Assembly: GCA_965209055.1 (NCBI GenBank)
Contig: OZ242374.1
Location: 2,272,001 to 2,336,000 of the forward strand
Reading direction: 5' to 3'
DNA from: Acidobacteriota bacterium
Lineage (GTDB): Bacteria; Acidobacteriota; UBA6911; RPQK01; JAJDTT01
DNA length: 64,000 nt
Of this stretch, positions 57,384 to 64,000 are shown piece after piece. The notes under the pieces are model-generated. The model made no database searches. It was not told the DNA's origin and saw only the letters and a program-made list of their open reading frames with translations. A program made the position numbers and the translations under genes. Numbering within the stretch: position 1 is the first letter of the stretch; every line of letters begins with the position of its first letter.

Positions 57384-60299
57384 TCAATCGATGACCTGCG
57401 GAGGGATGATCGATATCGTTTCGAGATCTTCCGTAAAGACAAGTTCCATCACCACGATCGGCTGATCGGACGACACGGCGATGTAGCCGCCGATGGCTGC
57501 CGGCAGACCGGGAAAGATCTCGTGAGCCATTCCGATCCGGCGGTGGCCGCTCTCCAAGGTCAGGGTCTCTTCCTCGACCAGCGGGTTTCCGCTCGTTGAA
57601 CGGGCCGTCAGCTTCACCGTTGCCGCCGGACCGGATCCCGGATAGAGAATCGCCAGACCGGTCCTGTACTTCTCGACTCCCCCGTGGGCAATGTAGGGCA
57701 GGATGTACTCTTTGGCCGGCGCCGACACGGCCGGAGTGCTGATCATGCCCTTGCCGGAAAAGAGCTGCAATTCGGCGCTGCCCACCAGCCCCGGCTGAGA
57801 GCCGGCGATCTGCATCCAGCCGGACACCAGGCCTCCCGCGTCCGTGAGGTTCGGAAAAATGGAGGCCAATTCCATGCGCAGGCCTTCGCCGGGCGCCAAC
57901 TCCAGCTCCGGCGCAACCTCCACCGATTTTCCTTCGTTGTCCATCAGGGTGAGTCGGACCGTCATCTCCTCGGTGCCCTGGTGCACCAGGTTGACGTAGG
58001 TTTCGGCGCCTCCGAAGGTCACCGCCTGGGGCAGATAGAGGATCTCGGCGGGGACGACTCCCGGTGCCTCCACCACCAGTCCCTCCAACATGGCCATGCG
58101 TTCCTCGTCGTACCAGCGCTGGAAGGCCATGATCCCCTGCTCGCTCTCCACGGTGATGTAGGCGCCGTCGTAGCCGTTGTCGGCCAGGGGCTGGCAGGTC
58201 GCCTGCTCGGGGTCCTCGCAAGCGGCCAGGCTGTCATCGCGGCACGGCTCCCCGTTGTCCGAGCAGGTCCCGCGCTGACAGTAGAAGTTGTCCCGGAAAA
58301 CCCCGCCGGTGGAAAAGCACTCGAAGGCGAGACCTTGAAAGAAACCGATCTCGTCTCCCAGTGCGCCCCGCAACACCAAACCGCCGAGGGTGGGCCGGGT
58401 ATCTTCGAGAGCCACTGCTCCGTCGGCTGTGTGAAGCCGCACGGAGACGTCCGTGCTGTTGGAGTTGGGATTGAGAACATAGACTTCGGTGGTGAAGCCG
58501 TCCATCACCCGGACTTCGGGAAGAACGACTTTCTGCGCCGTATTGGAATATAGGGAGGCCGCGTCCAGACGGCGCCGTTCCCCGCGATCCCCGACCCTGA
58601 AGAATCCCCAGGCCTGGGATTGGTCATCGTCCAGCAGCATCCATCCTTCCATGAACTGGTTGCGTTCGGCGCTGACCACCTGCCGAACCGTGGTGGACAA
58701 CTGCCCCCGGGGAGCAATGGTCAGGTTGGTGGGATTCTCTCCGAACTCCACGATGTCTTCGGTGTCGTTCAAGTCCTGAAATCGGATCCCTCCCACGTTG
58801 GATCCCCGGGCCATGATGTCGCTGGTCCGGGAAGAGAGGTTGGTCAGGTTCACCGCGGTGAACCATCCCTGGGAACTCAACAGGTAGGGCAGGAACAGGC
58901 GGCGGCTCGGGCGCAGCAGCTCGATGGTGCCGAGGTTGAAATTGACCGCGGTCATCGCCTCTCCGTCCGGACTCACGGCCACGTCCAGAGGCGCGCCGGG
59001 AACCTGCGGGCGGAGGTCCTCGCTGAAGCCCCGCAATTTCTGTCCCACCAATATGGGTTGCAGGAGCTCGCCCGTATTCAATTTGAATTGCAGGAGGACG
59101 TCGTCCATGGGAGCGCCCAGCATCATGGTGGTTCCGTCGAGGAAGACCGGACGGCTGGAGTCGCGAAAATCGGATGTCCGCGGTTGGAAAGTGACGACTT
59201 CCAGGCTGTCCGCATCGATGGCCCCGTTCTCGTCGGGGACGGGAATCGGGATCAGTTGCAGGTTCAGATTGCTGAGCAGCACGAACGACGTGCCATCCGG
59301 CGCCGCCACGATCTCCACGGGAACGCCACCCACGTCGAAAACCTTCACCACCTGTCCTGTCTGAATGTCGAACAGGGTGGCGCGATCGCTCCCCAGCTCG
59401 GCCAGCGTCTGCAGGGCCCCCAGTTGGCGGTCCGCCACCAGCCCGTACCGGCCGTCCGGAGAGATGGCGGCACCCGCACCCACCTGGAAGTCATGGGGGA
59501 CCGCCTCTTCGTCCGTTTCCGGAATGATGGTCGTCGCCACGGAGAAGGAAGCGGTGTCCACGATGGTGATGGCGTCCCTTTCTTCAGCGGGAGTCAACAG
59601 TGTCGAACCGACCGTGACGACAAAAAACCGGCTTCCGTCGGGAGTCATTCGGAGCGTCGTCGGACGGGTTCCGCCCGGCATCTGGAGCCTGGGTTCCACT
59701 TCCTGGAGTGTCGTCGTGTCGAAACGCAGGATCTCGTCGGTCCCGGACGAGGCCACGATGCCCATGGTCCCATCTCCCGAGAAGACCATGTTGTTGGCGA
59801 CGGAGAAGAATACCTCCATCGTCAGGATCTGAACCTCCAGGGTGTCCACGTCGATGGCCGCGATCGCTCCCTGAACCGGCTGTGTCTCTGCCTGGGACGC
59901 GTCGGACCTGAAGGCATCGGCCCGGCCGTTTTCGTTGATGAACGTGCACAGGACCGCGACCCGGTCCCCGCCGGGCATGAGGGCGATGTGACCCGGGCTC
60001 TCCGGAACGTCCACGAGGCCCAGAATCTCGCCGCTCTTGGGATTGAAGGCCAGAACCTTGTTCGAGAAGGTGTAGCTGACGAAGGCCTTGCTCGAGTCCG
60101 GAGTAAAGACCACGTTGGGGGAGAAATTGAGATCGGTCTGGTTGGCCCCGAGTATCAGGGGCACCTCGTTGGGATCGAAACGCAGCGGGTCCTCGGACTC
60201 GCTCGGATCCAGCGTCATGAATACCCGCTGACCGTGGAGCGCAGGCCCCCCCAGGCTCAGCAGGACGAACAGAAGAATCACAAGCTGGCGGCGCATCAT
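57384..60299 (-). CDS. Large secreted protein: YVTN/YncE-like beta-propeller plus four repeated beta-sandwich domains
   Basis: Signal MMRRQLVILLFVLLSLGGPALHG; FTPDSSKAFV / ISPDGRY / VSPDG blades; four LP-x-G..T..(N/Y) domain starts. Confidence 0.85.
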   Translation of the reverse strand: MMRRQLVILLFVLLSLGGPALHGQRVFMTLDPSESEDPLRFDPNEVPLILGANQTDLNFSPNVVFTPDSSKAFVSYTFSNKVLAFNPKSGEILGLVDVPESPGHIALMPGGDRVAVLCTFINENGRADAFRSDASQAETQPVQGAIAAIDVDTLEVQILTMEVFFSVANNMVFSGDGTMGIVASSGTDEILRFDTTTLQEVEPRLQMPGGTRPTTLRMTPDGSRFFVVTVGSTLLTPAEERDAITIVDTASFSVATTIIPETDEEAVPHDFQVGAGAAISPDGRYGLVADRQLGALQTLAELGSDRATLFDIQTGQVVKVFDVGGVPVEIVAAPDGTSFVLLSNLNLQLIPIPVPDENGAIDADSLEVVTFQPRTSDFRDSSRPVFLDGTTMMLGAPMDDVLLQFKLNTGELLQPILVGQKLRGFSEDLRPQVPGAPLDVAVSPDGEAMTAVNFNLGTIELLRPSRRLFLPYLLSSQGWFTAVNLTNLSSRTSDIMARGSNVGGIRFQDLNDTEDIVEFGENPTNLTIAPRGQLSTTVRQVVSAERNQFMEGWMLLDDDQSQAWGFFRVGDRGERRRLDAASLYSNTAQKVVLPEVRVMDGFTTEVYVLNPNSNSTDVSVRLHTADGAVALEDTRPTLGGLVLRGALGDEIGFFQGLAFECFSTGGVFRDNFYCQRGTCSDNGEPCRDDSLAACEDPEQATCQPLADNGYDGAYITVESEQGIMAFQRWYDEERMAMLEGLVVEAPGVVPAEILYLPQAVTFGGAETYVNLVHQGTEEMTVRLTLMDNEGKSVEVAPELELAPGEGLRMELASIFPNLTDAGGLVSGWMQIAGSQPGLVGSAELQLFSGKGMISTPAVSAPAKEYILPYIAHGGVEKYRTGLAILYPGSGPAATVKLTARSTSGNPLVEEETLTLESGHRRIGMAHEIFPGLPAAIGGYIAVSSDQPIVVMELVFTEDLETISIIPPQVID

Positions 60300-60352
60300 T
60301 GGTCCATTATGATATTCCGGCCGGAACCGGCCGTTCAATCCGTTCACCCGGC

Positions 60353-60739
60353 TCAAGTGGAACGATCTCCCGGGCGGGGACGGAGCACTTGGAAATCCAA
60401 ACCTCGGACCAGGGACCGGTTCCAGAACCGGTTGACCTTCGAGATCAGCGCCGGAGTCATACCCCGGAGCACCCCTTCCCATTCGGAGTCGTGTACGCCG
60501 ATCTCCAAGACGCGTCCGCGGAGACGCAGAGGCTCCGTCGATGCGGCCAACGGTGCCCCGACGATCCGAGGCCAGAACTCGCGCAGGAAGATCACGGCTA
60601 CCTTCTCGTCCCGGACCACCTCCTGCAGCCAGGGAAGAAAGAGAGCCCCGACCGTCCTCATCGGCGCCGTCCGCGGGCTTCCAAACCGAACCGGTGGCTC
60701 CTGGCCCGGGACTCGATTTCCTCGATCCCTTAGTTTCAT
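60353..60739 (-). CDS. DUF721 / DciA helicase-loader-like protein
   Basis: WPRIVGAPLAASTEPLRLRGRVLEIGVHDSEW KH-like core; TGCTAGACT 9 nt before the ATG. Confidence 0.75.
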   Translation of the reverse strand: MKLRDRGNRVPGQEPPVRFGSPRTAPMRTVGALFLPWLQEVVRDEKVAVIFLREFWPRIVGAPLAASTEPLRLRGRVLEIGVHDSEWEGVLRGMTPALISKVNRFWNRSLVRGLDFQVLRPRPGDRST

Positions 60740-60891
60740 TACCGCATCAGTCTAGCAAAACGAACTCCCGCCATGTCCTGATCATTGCGAGTCCGCGCCA
60801 GGCACGGCCGGCCGTCGTCCTGCATCCGGGCTGAGCCGGTTCGGCTCCCGCCACCGGCTTCGAGTAGGAGGGAGCTTTGCGCATCCTCGAC

Positions 60892-60921
60892 TTGACATTG
60901 GGCGGAAGCCTCCCTTACAAA
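60892..60921 (+). promoter_or_regulatory. Putative sigma70 promoter (TTGACA-N18-TACAAA) for the HNH gene
   Basis: Seen directly upstream of 60950. Confidence 0.45.
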
Positions 60922-60949
60922 TCGATATCGGCCCGCGCCCCGTTGACAA

Positions 60950-61477
60950 GTGGAACACACTCTCGTTCTCAACGCCACCTACGAACCTCTGCAGATCATC
61001 GGTTGGAAACGTGCCGTCCGCATGGTCTTCCAGGAGAAGGTCGAGGTGGTGGCCGAATATGACCGCGAGATCCGCAGTGTCTCGAACCGGATCCGCCTCC
61101 CCTCGGTCTTGCGCCTGCTTCACTACGTCAAGCTCCGGCACGGGTGCCACCGGATCAAATTCAGCCGTGAAAACCTGTACGCTCGCGACAACTACCGTTG
61201 CCAGTATTGCGGCACCAAGGCGCCCCTGAGCCAGCTCACCTACGATCACGTGATCCCCGTGGCCCAAGGGGGGATCAAGAGCTGGGAGAACATCGTCACC
61301 TGCTGCATCCAATGCAACCGGAAGAAGGGAAACCGGTCACCGGCGCAGGCCAACCTGCGCCTTTTGAGAATCCCCAAGGCCCCCTCCGGTTTTCCCTATC
61401 GCGTCCGTCTCCTTTTTCGCCAGCCGGCCGTTCCCGAGAGTTGGAAGGACTACATCTTCTGGTCCGGGGGAACCTGA
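60950..61477 (+). CDS. HNH endonuclease (McrA/HNH_5 family)
   Basis: LVLNATYEPL, RDNYRCQYCG, DHVIP, WENIVTCCIQCNRKK. Confidence 0.93.
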   Translation: MEHTLVLNATYEPLQIIGWKRAVRMVFQEKVEVVAEYDREIRSVSNRIRLPSVLRLLHYVKLRHGCHRIKFSRENLYARDNYRCQYCGTKAPLSQLTYDHVIPVAQGGIKSWENIVTCCIQCNRKKGNRSPAQANLRLLRIPKAPSGFPYRVRLLFRQPAVPESWKDYIFWSGGT

Positions 61478-62172
61478 TGGACGGGTCTCTGGTGATCTTC
61501 TCCCGGTTTCCCCGATTGGGCCGGGTGAAGACCAGACTGGAGCCGGCGCTGGGTAAGCGGGGTTGCCTGGAACTTCACCGGGCGCTGCTTCTGGACACCG
61601 TGGAACGAACGCGATTCCTGAGCCGGCGCCACTACCTGTATCTGAGCGGCTCCACCGCCCGGGAACGGTCCCGGTTCGCCGCAGCGTGGCGCCTGCCCGC
61701 GGATCTGATCATCCGCCGACAGACGGGAGCCGACCTGGGAGAGAGATTGTGTAAGGCCTGCCGGCAGATCGCCGCGGAATCGAAGGAAAAGCCGGTGGTC
61801 TTTCTGGGGGCCGACTCCCCTACGGTGCCGCGGAAGTACATTCGCCGAGCCCTGGATCGACTTGCGAGGCGGCCCGTCGTCGTGGGACCGGCCGAGGACG
61901 GGGGGTACTATCTCATCGGTCTTTCCCGCCCCAGGCCGGAACTCTTCTCGAATCTGGATTGGGGGACCGGCAAGGTCCTGGAGCAGACACTTCAGAGGTT
62001 GCGGCCGGATCAGTATACGTTGCTGCCCTGCTGGTTCGACGTGGACGACGGCGGCGACCTGGCCCGGCTCCACAGGGAGGTCGAGGCGGCGGAGCCGGAC
62101 GTCTTCCGGCACACGCGCCGTTGCCTGCGGGCGCTGGTCCACGACCCGGTTTCCCAATCGGTTTTCCGGTGA
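61477..62172 (+). CDS. DUF2064 / TIGR04282-type glycosyltransferase-like protein
   Basis: GRVKTRL, QTGADLGERL, GADSP, GPAEDGGYYLIG, DVDDGGDL; TGATG overlap with the HNH gene. Confidence 0.9.
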   Translation: MDGSLVIFSRFPRLGRVKTRLEPALGKRGCLELHRALLLDTVERTRFLSRRHYLYLSGSTARERSRFAAAWRLPADLIIRRQTGADLGERLCKACRQIAAESKEKPVVFLGADSPTVPRKYIRRALDRLARRPVVVGPAEDGGYYLIGLSRPRPELFSNLDWGTGKVLEQTLQRLRPDQYTLLPCWFDVDDGGDLARLHREVEAAEPDVFRHTRRCLRALVHDPVSQSVFR

Positions 62173-62303
62173 TCCTTTTAAGGGAGATTCGCGTCTCAAG
62201 AAAGGTGCGCTCGATCTGGCTCGGTTGACCGGAAGCGGCCACCTTGACTAACATTGCATCAGGTGTGCGCCCGGAAAAAGCGTGAAGGGGTGTTGAGGCG
62301 GCG

Positions 62304-63143
62304 GTGAAGGATTTCCTGGAACGGCTGTTGGGTTTGAAGGTCCCCGAGGCCCAATTGGAGGGACCGCGAGACCCCTATAACATCTACGAATGGGATCTCG
62401 ACGACCGGAGGCCGTTGGTGGTCGCCGCCATACTGGCGATCCTCTTTCACGCCGTTCTCCTTTTGATGATCTTCCCCTCGTTCGGCAAGACGGTCCTGGT
62501 CCCGACCCAGCAGGTGCTGGTGCTCAAGAATCTGGCGAAACCCGCGGCCCTCGCCGGGGGCGGCGACCTGCCCAAGGCGACACCGCCCAAGCCCGAGCCG
62601 GTGAAACCGAAGCCCAAGCCGATTCTGGTTCCCATTCCCGATCCGACTCCCAGAGAACCCGAACCCATCCGCAAGGAGGAACTGGAAAACGTCCCCCAGG
62701 TCATCAAGCAGATCGTAGCGGAATTGAACCTGGACGACATTGAGGCTCCGCCAGGGCGTCCCGGCCGGGGAGGGCAGGGTGAGAGCCAGGGCGAGGGCAC
62801 GGGAACCGGCCCCCTTGCCGGTTCGGGACCCGCGGCTGGAGACGGTAGCGGCATCTATCGATACGGGAGCGGAGTCACCAACCCGGTTCCCATCGTTCAA
62901 ACGACTCCCAGCTACACCGACGCCGCCATCAAAGCCAAGGTTCAGGGTGTGGTCTGGCTTCAGGCCATCATCCGGAAGGATGGCAACGTCGACAGCTTCA
63001 AGGTCATTCGAGGATTGGGCCACGGTTTGGAGGAACAGGCCATCCAGGAGATCGCCACCAACTGGCGTTTTCGGCCCGGAATGCTCAACGGGAGCCCGGT
63101 CGACGTCCTGGCCACCATCGAAGTCCAGTTCAACCTGAGGTAG
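62304..63143 (+). CDS. tonB: Energy transducer TonB
   Basis: TM anchor with His, Pro/Lys linker, Gly-rich region, PSYT...QGVV.L...WRFRPG..NGSPV C-terminal domain. Confidence 0.9.
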   Translation: MKDFLERLLGLKVPEAQLEGPRDPYNIYEWDLDDRRPLVVAAILAILFHAVLLLMIFPSFGKTVLVPTQQVLVLKNLAKPAALAGGGDLPKATPPKPEPVKPKPKPILVPIPDPTPREPEPIRKEELENVPQVIKQIVAELNLDDIEAPPGRPGRGGQGESQGEGTGTGPLAGSGPAAGDGSGIYRYGSGVTNPVPIVQTTPSYTDAAIKAKVQGVVWLQAIIRKDGNVDSFKVIRGLGHGLEEQAIQEIATNWRFRPGMLNGSPVDVLATIEVQFNLR

Positions 63144-63217
63144 ACGACGGCTCCGGCGTCGAACCTTTCGAGAATGAGGGCAACGACAAGGGTTGCCCCG
63201 ACACCATCGCATCCCGC

Positions 63218-63223
63218 TATAAT
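63218..63223 (+). promoter_or_regulatory. -10 box TATAAT, 10 nt before the ileS GTG
   Basis: GCTATAATTCCG, same 12-mer as at uvrC; no SD. Confidence 0.6.
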
Positions 63224-63233
63224 TCCGGCTCTT

Positions 63234-64000
63234 GTGGCTGAAGTACTCGACCTGAAAGGAACCATCAACCTTCCCAGGACCCGTTTCCGGATGAAGGCGA
63301 ATCTGCCCGTTCTGGAGCCGCGGATTCTCAAGTCGTGGGAAGAGTCGGGGATCTACGCGAGAATCCGCTCGGCGCGAAAAGGAAAGCCTCTCTTCATCCT
63401 TCACGACGGCCCTCCCTACGCCAATGGGCATCTCCACGTGGGACACGCCCTGAACAAGATCCTCAAGGACTTCATTGTCCGTTCCAAGACCATGGAGGGT
63501 TACGATTGCCCCTACGTGCCGGGGTGGGACTGCCACGGGCTGCCCATCGAGATTCAGGTCATGAACCGAAAGCGGGCCGACCTGGAACCGCTGGAGGTGC
63601 GCCGGCGATGCCGGCGGCACGCCGACAAGTTCGTGCGCATCCAGGGGAATGAGTTTCGCCGCCTGGGGGTCACGGGGGACTGGACCGCGCCCTATCTGAC
63701 CATGAGCCATTCCTATGAAGCCGAGACGGCCCGGCTGTTGGGTGATTTCGTCCGCCGGGGAAGCGTCTACAAGGGTCTCAAGCCGGTTCATTGGTGCATT
63801 CACTGCGAGACGGCATTGGCCGAAGCCGAAGTGGAGTATTCGGAACATGTCAGCCCATCGGTCTACGTCCGGTTTCCCGTGACGGGAGGACTCCATGGAC
63901 TGGACGCCGGAGCCCGCCCCGTCTCGGTGCTGATCTGGACCACGACGCCCTGGACGCTGCCCGCCAACATGGGGCTCTGCTTTCATCCCGACTTCGAATA
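63234..64000 (+). CDS. ileS: Isoleucine--tRNA ligase (5' part; runs off the window)
   Basis: Not in the ORF track; hand translation MAEVLDLKGTINLPRTRFRMKANL...HDGPPYANGHLHVGHALNKILKD...PGWDCHGLPIE...WTTTPWTLPAN. Confidence 0.97.
   Translation, partial: MAEVLDLKGTINLPRTRFRMKANLPVLEPRILKSWEESGIYARIRSARKGKPLFILHDGPPYANGHLHVGHALNKILKDFIVRSKTMEGYDCPYVPGWDCHGLPIEIQVMNRKRADLEPLEVRRRCRRHADKFVRIQGNEFRRLGVTGDWTAPYLTMSHSYEAETARLLGDFVRRGSVYKGLKPVHWCIHCETALAEAEVEYSEHVSPSVYVRFPVTGGLHGLDAGARPVSVLIWTTTPWTLPANMGLCFHPDFE

Noticed and set aside
58620-60755. 711-aa plus-strand ORF
   Set aside because: Antisense shadow of the large secreted protein and dciA
60950-61477. HNH as Cas9/IscB or a homing endonuclease of a mobile element
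   Set aside because: 175-aa standalone McrA-like protein; no RuvC, intron, terminal repeats or array nearby
62575-62860. Pro/Lys and Gly low-complexity repeats
   Set aside because: Normal TonB periplasmic linker
62259-63986. 575-aa minus-strand ORF
   Set aside because: Antisense to tonB and ileS

Overview
GC-rich bacterial chromosomal window. Gene order and content (rpsF-rpsR-rplI-dnaB-radA-ispD-ispF, fused AroD-AroE, Gly-rich TonB, large secreted beta-sandwich repeat proteins) suggest Acidobacteriota, but this is inference only. The left ~37 kb is an accessory catabolic region dominated by exported enzymes: signal-peptide-bearing D-2-hydroxyacid dehydrogenase and HpcH aldolase, an FMN alpha-hydroxy-acid oxidase/beta-propeller/tetraheme cytochrome c/PhoD-like operon, a six-gene cluster with three GHL10-like TIM-barrel paralogs, a PQQ/heme-c dehydrogenase, a triple-Rid protein, a second PhoD, two NHL proteins, DUF1080, and ComA + dimethylglycine oxidase-like + PutP. 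Small nucleotidyltransferase toxin-antitoxin-type modules are interspersed. The right ~27 kb is housekeeping (thrB, aroDE, pgsA, uvrC, yjjX, suhB, ispFD, radA, dnaB, rplI, rpsR, rpsF, hppA, pth, rplY, prs, ispE, dciA, tonB, partial ileS). Non-coding signals include two GTAG-type REP-like palindromes, a 21-bp tandem duplication, and a recurrent (TGn)TANNNT box 7-10 nt before SD-less start codons that points to widespread leaderless mRNAs. No rRNA, tRNA, CRISPR array, transposase or integrase was recognised. All family calls come from motif recognition by eye; no database searches were run.
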